Shown piece by piece: positions 18,095 through 27,165 of a stretch of 57,833 nucleotides of DNA (position 1 is its first letter; each line of letters starts with the position of its first letter). The position numbers were made by a program, and so were the translations under genes. The stretch covers positions 1-57,833 of IMG/VR virus record IMGVR_UViG_3300033145_000723. One strand, 5' to 3'. The DNA is from a virus (taxonomy: Duplodnaviria; Caudoviricetes). The notes under the pieces are model-generated. The model made no database searches. It was given only the letters and a program-made list of their open reading frames with translations, and was not told the origin of the DNA.

Positions 18095-20151
18095 GATTCT
18101 CCTTTCCAAGCTTTCATTGCTCTCTCCCATGCTTTGTCAAATTTCATTCCATAGTTCGATGCTGCTTCTCCCGTTACTGTTTCTGAATATGCTTCTGCAA
18201 ATGTTTCTCCAGGAGTCTTTGCGGCATACTTACTTAAATTCTTTCGACCGAAAGCAATTTTATTTGCTCTCTTGTAATTTGTTATCCCACGAAAAGCAAC
18301 ATCCATGATTTTTTCTGCTTCTTTAATTCGTAATCCTTCAGACCCTCTAATCATCCAAGAGATTTTAAGTTGTGCATCAACCAAATGACCAAACTCATGC
18401 GTACCAATATCTTTAATCTTACTACAAACCGCCGGATGATAACCAGTCTTGGCTGAATAAAGTGCATCATGTTTGAGTTGTTGATACTCGTTAAATCGTT
18501 TTGGATTGATTCCAAGATACTGCCCGTTATGCGTACCCGCATGCGCCCACGTTCTTTCATCCCACTTGAAACCTCTGGGATACTGAGGACTTGCTTTTGC
18601 ATGCGTTCCGATGTACTTTAAACGGCGCAAAGGTTCAGGACAATTCTTTGCAGATATACGAATACCTTCCATAAAATCGCGTGCTGATCTTACATCCAAA
18701 CCTTTAAATTCAAATTCGACACGCGGAAAAACTTTCCTACAATAACTATCTAATCTCCCGGTTGTCTTGAACGTTGTAGGTATTGGCGTATCAATCAACT
18801 CAGGATTGAACATTGGCTTGACTTTGTTATCAGGATTCACAAGCCACCCATTATGCCTTACACCTTTCGCTTCTGCCTTTAACGCTGCAACTCTTGCTTC
18901 CACCGCTTTTAATTTCTCTCCTGCAGCCGCTGTACGTTTCTTTGCCTCTGCTAATTCCTTTTTTAATTGTGCCGTCTTCGAAAGTTTCTTCGGTGGCTTT
19001 GGCTTAGGTGTTGGCTTAGGTTTCGGTTTAGGTTTCGGTTTCGGCTTTGGCTTTGGTCTTGGTGTTGGTACTCGTGGAGGTGCTGGAGGTGTTGATACTT
19101 TCTTTGCTCTGAGCGCAAGTTTCTTTCCGGCTCCCAGTCGAGTATTTGATGGAGTGGTGAATGTCTTTTCCTTACCAAGCCAAGTTGACTTCGCTCTCGC
19201 AACTGCCCACGGTGAATTCGGTCTTTCATCTTTGATGGACTTCACCACGGCACTTTCCTTTTGTGATTTAGTCCATTTCCTGTTCTTCTTTTTCTCCCCA
19301 ACGTTTGCAGGTATCCAAGCACAACGGCAATTCGGATGACGGGGTATCAAACCCCTTGCCTCATCAATCGTCATCACCGTTCCCTCTAGGTCTTCACACA
19401 TCGCACACACACGGTCATCACCCGCTGTAGACCATTCTGCCATGAGTCCAACTTCTTCTACCCCTAAGTCGCGAAAAGCGTCTAGCTGTCCTTCTGCATG
19501 TGCGTGAATAACCTCTGTCCGCGCGAGTGCTCGCGCACGAGTGCGGCTGATAGTTCCGATTGTCTTTGCTAGAGCACTTGCAATTTTTCTGGGGTGGTGT
19601 CCTGCTGCCAATCCGTCCGCGAGAGTACGCGAAACCTGTTGAGCCATAACAGAATTGATACCCTTTAGCTCTTCGTAAGTTCTGGTGGAGAGGAGTTGCA
19701 GTTTGCTCAGTCGTTCAGGCGCTAGGAAAGATGACTCAAGGAATTCTTTCTTGCTACCCTGGAAGAAATCGTGGTTCCCTGATAACTCAGCCGCATGCGT
19801 ATCGGTGTACGCTCTAATCGTTCCTTTCTTGTATGCACTATCTACATATCTTGCAGTCCAGGGAGGGACCGTACCAGTTGACAGAATCCCCATGTTCGTT
19901 TGCTCTTGGAACCACGTATTGAACGCTCCAAGCTTTTGACCGTCTCGCATAAACCTGTACGCTTGCCGTGGAGGTACGTTCAGATTCATCGTGAATGGTT
20001 TCGGTGCAGTCAGTCCAAAAACGTCTTGCGTTACAACCGCTTCACGCACCAGTCGAATGATATCACGAAAGCGGCGGTTCATCTCAGAGACAAATTGCTT
20101 TCGCAAAGTGATTGTGCGCGTGGGGTCTAGCCTTAGAGTATTAGTTGCCAT
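18091..20151 (-). CDS. MuF/SPP1 gp7-family minor head protein with Pro-Lys linker and C-terminal zincin-like domain
   Basis: ARALARTEVIHAH, WSTAGDDRVCAMC, IPRHPNCRCAW (MuF); (PK)n linker; THEFGH...SKYA...ETFAEAY. Confidence 0.92.
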   Translation of the reverse strand: MATNTLRLDPTRTITLRKQFVSEMNRRFRDIIRLVREAVVTQDVFGLTAPKPFTMNLNVPPRQAYRFMRDGQKLGAFNTWFQEQTNMGILSTGTVPPWTARYVDSAYKKGTIRAYTDTHAAELSGNHDFFQGSKKEFLESSFLAPERLSKLQLLSTRTYEELKGINSVMAQQVSRTLADGLAAGHHPRKIASALAKTIGTISRTRARALARTEVIHAHAEGQLDAFRDLGVEEVGLMAEWSTAGDDRVCAMCEDLEGTVMTIDEARGLIPRHPNCRCAWIPANVGEKKKNRKWTKSQKESAVVKSIKDERPNSPWAVARAKSTWLGKEKTFTTPSNTRLGAGKKLALRAKKVSTPPAPPRVPTPRPKPKPKPKPKPKPKPTPKPKPPKKLSKTAQLKKELAEAKKRTAAAGEKLKAVEARVAALKAEAKGVRHNGWLVNPDNKVKPMFNPELIDTPIPTTFKTTGRLDSYCRKVFPRVEFEFKGLDVRSARDFMEGIRISAKNCPEPLRRLKYIGTHAKASPQYPRGFKWDERTWAHAGTHNGQYLGINPKRFNEYQQLKHDALYSAKTGYHPAVCSKIKDIGTHEFGHLVDAQLKISWMIRGSEGLRIKEAEKIMDVAFRGITNYKRANKIAFGRKNLSKYAAKTPGETFAEAYSETVTGEAASNYGMKFDKAWERAMKAWKGES

Positions 20152-20154
20152 GCC

Positions 20155-20352
20155 TTACCCTTTTCGTACTTTTTGAATTCCTAAGTACAAACCATAGAAG
20201 AAACAGAACGTCCAGAAGATTGGCCAAAAGATACCAGCAAGAAAGCAAAAAACTATCAGCCACTTTCCATCCCCGTTATTTTCAAAGAGGAGAGAGGTAG
20301 CCGTACCGATAGCGATATACAAAATCACACCGATAATCGAAAGCGTTGACAT
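20155..20352 (-). CDS. Small membrane protein
   Basis: Two hydrophobic segments with a FWP motif. Confidence 0.65.
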   Translation of the reverse strand: MSTLSIIGVILYIAIGTATSLLFENNGDGKWLIVFCFLAGIFWPIFWTFCFFYGLYLGIQKVRKG

Positions 20353-20585
20353 TATTCGTCCTCGACTTGATCCGATACGGTCAAAGAAAGCTTTGAAATT
20401 ATATCTGCACCTTGTGAGTAAGATACGGTACAAACTTTACCGATAACTTTTCCCGTACTCTTAACGATAGGAATGAGAACACCATTCTGATAGATATGCG
20501 AAATCGTATCCTCCCCACGCTCTTCGATAGCTGCTGTAATCTCCTTATAAAACTTTGCCATCTCTGCACTGGGATTCGCTGCCAT
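20352..20585 (-). CDS. Hypothetical protein
   Basis: ORF from MAANP with SD. Confidence 0.55.
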   Translation of the reverse strand: MAANPSAEMAKFYKEITAAIEERGEDTISHIYQNGVLIPIVKSTGKVIGKVCTVSYSQGADIISKLSLTVSDQVEDE

Positions 20586-20666
20586 TATCTTCCTCTCAAA
20601 ATACAGTAGAGCCAACGAACGAACATCACGAACCAAACAGCACCAAACGAAATCATGATTCCAGGT

Positions 20667-20906
20667 TCAAGAAGTCTCATTTGCCCACTCCTTATTCAAT
20701 TGATCGATGAAGTTACAAATATCACCAAGAATTGAACGCGCAATTGACCTTTCTGCAACTGGGATAAAAGCGTAACCTCTTGAGTACCATTGAACGAATC
20801 CAATCGGGTCTCCTGCCTCTTTCATATAGCAAGTGTAAATCCAAGTCTTGCCCGTTGGTGACTTACGCCGATCCTTAAACGTGATTAGTTCGTAACGGGT
20901 TTTCAT
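20667..20906 (-). CDS. Hypothetical phage protein
   Basis: 79 aa; KTWIY...IGFVQWY...ICNFIDQLN; overlaps the portal stop. Confidence 0.7.
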   Translation of the reverse strand: MKTRYELITFKDRRKSPTGKTWIYTCYMKEAGDPIGFVQWYSRGYAFIPVAERSIARSILGDICNFIDQLNKEWANETS

Positions 20907-22441
20907 TTTGTTCCCGCCAATCGTGCTTCCTCTTTCGCTGCATCCTCTTCCTCTCTCTGTAAGCGTTCTTCCTCTGCATCATCATCGTCATCAAGTTCTT
21001 TCTCTCGTACTACTGCAGCTTTACCAATCACATCAATTTCCTCTTGTGTCAATTCCATAAAGAGCTTGAGAAATTCGGCGGGAGGAATGAGAGCATCAAC
21101 TTGACCGGCAACATACTTTGAAAGTGCTTCCGTTCTCTTTGCAGCAACTTCAGCCTTGACGGTATCGGTAACCGTATTCAAATCAACCCATTCTGTTTTG
21201 TAAGTTCCGTCTGCAGGAGCAGGAATGATTTCGAGCACAATCAAACGATCAATGAACGGTCTCAGCACTAACGGCGAAAGGTATTTCGTTTGCCGTCTTG
21301 CTATGCGTTTGTTCCAAGTGATAACATCCTGTCCAGATGCAAGTTTCGCTTCTTCGGTCCCTAGGAAAATGCGATAGGGAATTGAAAGCGTGATGGCAAT
21401 GTAACGCATCTGAGATTCAAGATGGCTCTTCGGATCGGCAACTTGAACATCCAAGCTCTTCACTGAAACGCCAGTTGTGGCAATGTAACGCTGAAGACCA
21501 TTCATCCAGTCTTCCGCTTCATCTCGAATCGCATCGGTGTCAATCTCTGCACCCTCTGCAGCGGCATCAGGATCAACCTCAAAAGAGTACCCTGGAAATG
21601 CACCCTTCCAAAACATCTCACCCGAACCACTCAGCACTTTCCTGATATCCATGAGCCGATTGAACACAGGTTTCATTCTGGGGGTGCCGTAGGTCTCTGA
21701 CATCTTCCGATTGTCGGCAACATGCAACACCCGACTCCAATGCACTTCCAGTTCATTTGATTTGGTTTTGGTGGAGGTCTCTTTCGCGATACCTGAAACC
21801 TGTCCATCTGAAAGAGCTTCCACCGTCTCCTGGAATGTGATCTTGTACATGAGGGGGAGACCGTAACGCGGATTCGCTTGATCTTTCTCGCGCGTTGCAA
21901 TCTCTACCGCCGATTCATCGAACGCGCGAACGTACAAAAGTTTCATGTCTTTGTTTTGCGCTACCTTTTTCATTTCCCCGGTCTCAAGGTTCATCTCTGC
22001 AACTGGTTCGTTTAACTTCCCTCCATCATTCAGACCTAAGAGGAGCACACCGAATTTGCCAATCCCTGACAGTACATCGATTCGGTGGAGGTAGTGGTAA
22101 AGGTTTTTCGATTCCTGTAGCTTTCCCCATCCCTCTTCAAAATCAGTTTCATCCGCTTCTTCATCTTCGTAAACCAACGGATCAACACTCCATGAGTCTT
22201 CAGGCATAACGCCCACGACACGAGAGGCAACACCTTCCCTGTCATACATGTAGGAATACTGCTCCATCTTTATTTCTTTTGGATACCCACACTCAACATC
22301 AATATCGCGGCGGTCATCAAAAATTTTCGTGAGAAGACTACTCCTGACAAGAGAGGCATTCCCCGAAAAGACTTCTCGCATGTTCTCTGCGATTTGCTGA
22401 TTGTGTGTTAATGAATTCTGTGTCAATGTTTCCTTTGGCAT
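20903..22441 (-). CDS. Portal protein (DUF1073-type), start MPKET
   Basis: ECGYP, YDREGVASRVV, VHWSRVLH, YGTPRMKPVFNRL, GSGEMFWKGA, IPYRIFLG motifs; downstream of TerL. Confidence 0.9.
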   Translation of the reverse strand: MPKETLTQNSLTHNQQIAENMREVFSGNASLVRSSLLTKIFDDRRDIDVECGYPKEIKMEQYSYMYDREGVASRVVGVMPEDSWSVDPLVYEDEEADETDFEEGWGKLQESKNLYHYLHRIDVLSGIGKFGVLLLGLNDGGKLNEPVAEMNLETGEMKKVAQNKDMKLLYVRAFDESAVEIATREKDQANPRYGLPLMYKITFQETVEALSDGQVSGIAKETSTKTKSNELEVHWSRVLHVADNRKMSETYGTPRMKPVFNRLMDIRKVLSGSGEMFWKGAFPGYSFEVDPDAAAEGAEIDTDAIRDEAEDWMNGLQRYIATTGVSVKSLDVQVADPKSHLESQMRYIAITLSIPYRIFLGTEEAKLASGQDVITWNKRIARRQTKYLSPLVLRPFIDRLIVLEIIPAPADGTYKTEWVDLNTVTDTVKAEVAAKRTEALSKYVAGQVDALIPPAEFLKLFMELTQEEIDVIGKAAVVREKELDDDDDAEEERLQREEEDAAKEEARLAGTK

Positions 22442-22758
22442 TACTCTCTCCCTTTTCTTTTTGGTGCAATGTAATCTCTCTCGAAATCCTGTTCCATTAA
22501 ATCCCAATCAACTGCATTGATATCATCTTGCGTGATAGGTGGCATCCACTTGAATTTTTTGAACTCCTTTGCTGTAAATTCGATGTATTCAAGGTGGGTG
22601 AATTGCGTGCGGTTATGGGCCATCTTGAATCTCCTTTCGATGATCGCAAACAATTGGTCTTGTACCTTTTTCATTGCAGCGTAAAAATGACTGGGGTTAG
22701 CAGTAATGCTGCAACGGCAATTCTTATTCAAAGTTCTAAATCCATTCTTTGGCGTCAT
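22441..22758 (-). CDS. Hypothetical protein
   Basis: ORF packed between neighbours. Confidence 0.55.
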   Translation of the reverse strand: MTPKNGFRTLNKNCRCSITANPSHFYAAMKKVQDQLFAIIERRFKMAHNRTQFTHLEYIEFTAKEFKKFKWMPPITQDDINAVDWDLMEQDFERDYIAPKRKGRE

Positions 22759-23048
22759 TCCTCTTGCCCTCCAAGTTTCTTCGTATCCACCACCTCTAGC
22801 ACAATTCGCTTTCCTTTTCCTCCACCAAACGAAATACTTTTAACGTTTTTATATCTAACAGTTGAATAACATTTTGGACAAACGTGAGTTGCAGCGCACT
22901 CCACCATTTCCTTGTGACCACATTTCCCACAAGTGAAAAGTCCTTCTGGTAACGGTATCTCTTTCTGGGGGTGAAGGTTGATCGCTTTCATCATTCTCCT
23001 ACTCCAAATCCAAATCGTGCCAATCTCTGCACTTGTCGTGATCTTCAC
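22755..23048 (-). CDS. Zinc-ribbon protein
   Basis: CGKC...CPKC. Confidence 0.6.
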   Translation of the reverse strand: MKITTSAEIGTIWIWSRRMMKAINLHPQKEIPLPEGLFTCGKCGHKEMVECAATHVCPKCYSTVRYKNVKSISFGGGKGKRIVLEVVDTKKLGGQEE

Positions 23049-23250
23049 GGCTCAAAGTAAATGAATCCGAAAGCCCCTGCATGTATGAGGATACATCCGC
23101 CATCTCGTGACAGATAAAGAGAAAGTGAGTTCCAGGTCTGAAAATACGAAACGCACCTTCCTCTGCAACAAGATCAAACCCTGTTTGCTGAAGCTGCAAT
23201 CGAAGCCGAAGGAACATCTCAACGATTTTTGGTTGCTCAATGCTCATCAT
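22999..23250 (-). CDS. Hypothetical protein
   Basis: 83-aa ORF with SD AAGGAG. Confidence 0.6.
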   Translation of the reverse strand: MMSIEQPKIVEMFLRLRLQLQQTGFDLVAEEGAFRIFRPGTHFLFICHEMADVSSYMQGLSDSFTLSREDHDKCRDWHDLDLE

Positions 23251-23401
23251 TCTCCTTCCGGGTCTTGACCAACAAGTTCCCTCTTACGTCATTTAGGGCA
23301 AACGTATCCGCAAGCTTCCGCAGTATCGCCATTCACTTTCACTTTGCATTTATCGTTTACGCATACCCAAGTTTTAATATAACGAGTTTCTAAGAACGGT
23401 C

Positions 23402-24889
23402 TCATCTTCTCCTACTCCTCTGCTTTCGAGGTGCGTTGCTCCTCTTCTTCAAACCGCCGATGACTTTACGCTTACCAAAGAGCTTTGCAAATGCTGCACT
23501 ACTCGCATCGATTTGATCTTTGAACTTTGCGAAGGGGAAGAACTGCATTTCGTTTATGTACTCAAGATTCCATGGAGCAATGAGGATGATTACATTCCCA
23601 CCGTTGACTTGAACTGCAAACGGGTCTGCTCTGAAAACCTTATCGCCTCTCGGAAGGTCTGCAACGATTGAGTATCCCGCAAGATTTCGTACCGTGTTCT
23701 GCGCCGATTCTTTTCCACCGCTTCCAGGTTCTTGCTCTACTCCAATTTCAACTTCAGGGCCATCCATCTTAGCTGTGTTCTTGATAATCTTCTCGCGCGT
23801 GAATGCTTCCCATTGTCCACGCACCACATCAAGAATCCAAAACCGTCCTCCTAAATCCCATCCCATTTTTATGCCAACAGTATAGGCACCATCTCCACCC
23901 GTTCCTGCCTTATCCCAAAAGCGTACCACTCGTTTAAACTTTCGTCTAGCGGGTGCTACCTTTTCGTACTGCAGATTCTCCACCTTGAACATACCACCTT
24001 CAAGCGGTACTGGGTTCTGTCCTGCTTGCCCCGCGTATCCAAACTCACCCAAATCAGCACGGAGAGATTTGAGTACAACTCTGTCCAGTCTCACCGGATC
24101 AAGTAGACCATCTTTGTAAAACCTTCTGACATGTCCAGGCTTTACATTGTCAGCCAACTCAGCAGGTAAACAGATATGCCGAATCTTACTTGCCTTTTTC
24201 TCAATCATGTTTCCGGTGGGATCATTCTGATGTAGTCGCTGCATGATTAAAATCGTTGGCGTGACTCGTTTGTTGACCTTTCGAGTTGGTAGTGTTTCAG
24301 ACATCCATGCGTTGACCTTTTTCAAATCTGCTTCCGACTTGGCACCTTGCGGGTCTAACGGATCATCGATGATAATTATATGAGCATGCATCCCAGTGAT
24401 CGTACCGCCAACCCCTACGCACATTCTTGAACCGCCTAGCGTGTTCATGAAGTGCTGCTTGCCAAACTGTTCTGGGGAGAGACGGACTTCAGGAAATGCC
24501 GCGCGGTATTTATCTGAGTTGATAACCTCTCTGGTTCTTCTGCTTAATTCCATCGCAAGGAAAAATGTGTAGCTCCCGCAAATGATTTTGTACTTTGGTT
24601 TAATAGTCCAGACCCACGCGGGAAACATCACGCTACAAATTGTGGACTTGGTTGAACCGGGAGGAACGTTGATAATCACATCATGTTTTTTCGGAAGACC
24701 TGCAAAGACACGTTCAGCAGTTTTTTGTAGTTCGTTACAAATAAATTCGATATGCCAATTCCAAACCGGATCATCTGGAATGATTGTATCCCAAAATTCC
24801 TTGACGAATTCATAGAACGATTCGCGACAAATAGATTGAATCAAATCGTCTTCACTGTAACTAGGTTGCGCTAGAGAGGCATCAACCAA
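23402..24889 (-). CDS. terL: Terminase large subunit
   Basis: NWHIEFIC, INVPPGSTKS (Walker A), IIIIDDP (Walker B), IMQRLH, QNP, WDKA, EQEPGSGGK, FPFAKFKDQIDA nuclease motifs. Confidence 0.96.
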   Translation of the reverse strand: MVDASLAQPSYSEDDLIQSICRESFYEFVKEFWDTIIPDDPVWNWHIEFICNELQKTAERVFAGLPKKHDVIINVPPGSTKSTICSVMFPAWVWTIKPKYKIICGSYTFFLAMELSRRTREVINSDKYRAAFPEVRLSPEQFGKQHFMNTLGGSRMCVGVGGTITGMHAHIIIIDDPLDPQGAKSEADLKKVNAWMSETLPTRKVNKRVTPTILIMQRLHQNDPTGNMIEKKASKIRHICLPAELADNVKPGHVRRFYKDGLLDPVRLDRVVLKSLRADLGEFGYAGQAGQNPVPLEGGMFKVENLQYEKVAPARRKFKRVVRFWDKAGTGGDGAYTVGIKMGWDLGGRFWILDVVRGQWEAFTREKIIKNTAKMDGPEVEIGVEQEPGSGGKESAQNTVRNLAGYSIVADLPRGDKVFRADPFAVQVNGGNVIILIAPWNLEYINEMQFFPFAKFKDQIDASSAAFAKLFGKRKVIGGLKKRSNAPRKQRSRRR

Positions 24890-25574
24890 CTTTATCCCCT
24901 CGCATTTTCTTGGAGTCGCGTACTGCCTTGAGTAGTTTCTTGCGAACGTCTAACGGAAGTTCAATATCATCCATGAGAACAATATGCTGAGCCACCATAG
25001 CACGAACATCAATTTCATTCTTCTGAACAGGTCTCCCGTCAATTCGATTCCAAAGATCGGCGGCATGGGTCGAGGAGCCGCGCAAAGTTTGTGCAATCTG
25101 GGCATGAACTACGCAATCAAAAACCGTAGAGGTTGCAGCGTTGATGTTTTCCTTTTCACAATATTGAATCGTCTCTTGAAGTTGGTTCGCTGGCATGCGC
25201 ATAATCTCACGCAAGCGCATGGTCAAACTTTCGACTCGTGGGGTGCGAGCAAAGTCACCACCTTTCCGCATCATCACAGACTTCGGAAGAACTGAGAGCG
25301 GACGTTTTGCAGCGGCATCAATTTCATTCGTTGCCATTACAGCGGCATCAAGTATGTCAACTTCCTTTGGCTTTCCCTTGCCTCTCCTTCTGGGGGGAGA
25401 GGTGGCTTTTGTTGACTTCTTCTTTGCCACTTTTTTCTTGGTGACTTTTTTCTTGGTTGTCTTCTTCTTTTTCTTTATCATCATGCCTCTACCATGGAAT
25501 ACGAAATCTGAATAGCAAACCCTTAATCGGTGCCAGAACAGTATTGTCTCAAACTCCAAAACAACTGAACTCAT
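24882..25574 (-). CDS. Putative terminase small subunit with Lys-rich N-terminus (likely start at 25484)
   Basis: Directly upstream of TerL; LWNRIDGRPVQK motif common in TerS; KKVTKKKVAKKK tract. Confidence 0.65.
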   Translation of the reverse strand: MSSVVLEFETILFWHRLRVCYSDFVFHGRGMMIKKKKKTTKKKVTKKKVAKKKSTKATSPPRRRGKGKPKEVDILDAAVMATNEIDAAAKRPLSVLPKSVMMRKGGDFARTPRVESLTMRLREIMRMPANQLQETIQYCEKENINAATSTVFDCVVHAQIAQTLRGSSTHAADLWNRIDGRPVQKNEIDVRAMVAQHIVLMDDIELPLDVRKKLLKAVRDSKKMRGDKVG

Positions 25575-25660
25575 AATGCCCTATGCCTAGCGTACTATAC
25601 CTATGCGTTGTATTCTTATAATTCTTTTTGTCATAAACCTATGAAACATATAATTACGTA
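25575..25660. promoter_or_regulatory. Divergent AT-rich promoter region
   Basis: Strand-switch point; TATAAT at 25649-25654 on plus and TATAGT on minus near 25594-25599; -35 spacings imperfect. Confidence 0.4.
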
Positions 25661-25692
25661 TGTCGTTCGTTTATCTCTGGAAAGGGGAAAGT

Positions 25693-25899
25693 ATGAGTGA
25701 AGAGAATCCTGAATGGTGTCCAACGTGTGCAGAACCAATTGGAAATTTGAGTAGAGATGGCAAGAAGTGTAACAAGTGCGGCGCTATCGGTTGCTACCTT
25801 TGTATGCCAACTCCAAGCACTTGTCAAAACTGTTGGGATGCTGCAGTGTACCGCTACTCGAATGGTATCGTAGGAAAACCGAAAGGAAATGCTCAATGA
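25693..25899 (+). CDS. Small Cys-rich (zinc-binding) protein
   Basis: Four CxxC pairs. Confidence 0.7.
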   Translation: MSEENPEWCPTCAEPIGNLSRDGKKCNKCGAIGCYLCMPTPSTCQNCWDAAVYRYSNGIVGKPKGNAQ

Positions 25900-26129
25900 G
25901 TAAAGTCAGTCAAATTCGTTTGCGAATCCTAGCGCACTACCAAGAAGTTTTGTTCCGTCTCTGGTACAAGGTAGAGCTAGGCTTTTACGATAGCCGCTCC
26001 GAAATCGGTGACCTGGCCCTCGAAATGCGCGACACCTATTACAAACACGAAAGCATATTCAATGTTGAGTATGGTGCATGGAGAGAGCAGGAAATAGCAA
26101 AGAAAGGAAAAGCAAATGGTGGAACCTGA
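25896..26129 (+). CDS. Hypothetical protein
   Basis: Start MSKVSQ overlapping the upstream stop. Confidence 0.6.
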   Translation: MSKVSQIRLRILAHYQEVLFRLWYKVELGFYDSRSEIGDLALEMRDTYYKHESIFNVEYGAWREQEIAKKGKANGGT

Positions 26130-26355
26130 ACAGTATAACGATGCACGAAAGATATCAGCAGGACTCACTGAATATGACAGGAGGAAAAAGATAGTGGATA
26201 AGACAAAGCGAACAACAATTCAACTCTCTGCATTATTCCTTGCGGGTGCTATCAGTGAAATGTCTGAGTATATGCAGGACGTAACTACAGCCGACATATT
26301 CCTTGAGGCACTAATCAAAGGCTTAGAGAAAGAAAGGAAAGACCGCTATGCCTAA
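26116..26355 (+). CDS. Hypothetical protein
   Basis: 79-aa ORF overlapping neighbours. Confidence 0.6.
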   Translation: MVEPEQYNDARKISAGLTEYDRRKKIVDKTKRTTIQLSALFLAGAISEMSEYMQDVTTADIFLEALIKGLEKERKDRYA

Positions 26356-26578
26356 ACGATCAAAGAAGCAGGACAAACTTGGAGTCAGAGCACATACAAA
26401 AAAGGGTTGCAAGCATTTGTTCATCCCGAATATCTCAGAGGAAACTAAACGCCGGTTTAAATCTGCCTGTAGTGTGGCAGGGCATTCCATGACGCATGTC
26501 ATCACATCTTTCATGGTTAAGTATTCTGACCTCCAACTCATTCCCGGTAAAGGTGAACAGGAAGGAGAGGAACCATAG
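26348..26578 (+). CDS. Ribbon-helix-helix DNA-binding protein (Arc/ParG-like)
   Basis: KHLFIPNISEETKRRFKSAC...GHSMTHVITSFMVKY fits the beta-alpha-alpha RHH pattern. Confidence 0.72.
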   Translation: MPKRSKKQDKLGVRAHTKKGCKHLFIPNISEETKRRFKSACSVAGHSMTHVITSFMVKYSDLQLIPGKGEQEGEEP

Positions 26579-26682
26579 AAGCGCACAAGTATCATTCGTT
26601 CAATCGGTGCAACTTATGCTAACAAATATCATCGATGCTCTTCGATGTTATCTGTTCTACGTGATGCAACGCGATGCTCTCT

Positions 26683-26864
26683 CTTGTATTTCAAAACGCC
26701 CTGCTCTACCCCCCAATAGGGTGTCTTATCTTACTCTCTTTACTACTTTATAGAATATAGAATATAGGTTATGCATAAGTAAGAGTATCTATATTGGGGG
26801 GGTGGAACCGGTCGTTTTCAAATACAAGTAGCGAGACAGAAACGCCCTGTTCTTGCCCCCCAAT
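26683..26864. repeat. Imperfect inverted repeat around an AT-rich core plus a third direct copy (candidate origin or packaging site)
   Basis: cttgtatttcaaaacgccctgctctaccccccaat (from 26683) versus attgggggggtggaaccggtcgttttcaaatacaag (to 26828); aaacgccctgttcttgccccccaat at 26840-26864. Confidence 0.7.
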
Positions 26865-27109
26865 GAAAAGGGGAATCGTGCTACCTGGGCGCACCCTGGG
26901 CGCAATTGTACTAAGGGGGTCCGAGGGGGGTCAAGACCGGAAACCCCCTATTTTTCGGGTCTTTTCTCCCTCTCTTGTACGATTACTAAAATAATCGAAC
27001 GAATAATAACGCCTGTAACATAGGGCTTTCGTAACGACTTGCAAGACCGTCTCCACAACTCCTTTAATACCAGTCGGTTAAAATCCTCAGAATCTTTCAG
27101 AGAATTATC

Positions 27110-27165
27110 TTGCTATCGGTCGAGAATCGGCTATTATTGTTAATGTATTAAACGTTCATTGACAA
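27110..27165 (+). promoter_or_regulatory. Putative early sigma70 promoter followed by a boxA-like antitermination element
   Basis: TTGCTA (27110)-N16-TATTAT (27132); GTTCATTGACAA at 27154-27165 resembles rrn/nut boxA (GCTCTTTAACAA). Confidence 0.6.

Noticed and set aside
18997-19070. Short tandem nucleotide repeats as a contingency locus
   Set aside because: Degenerate codons of the Pro-Lys linker in MuF; selection appears to be at protein level.
20903-22441. Possible 'anti-CBASS Acb1' label often attached to DUF1073 proteins
   Set aside because: Size, motifs and position between TerL and MuF identify it as the portal; no 2H-phosphodiesterase motif pair is evident.
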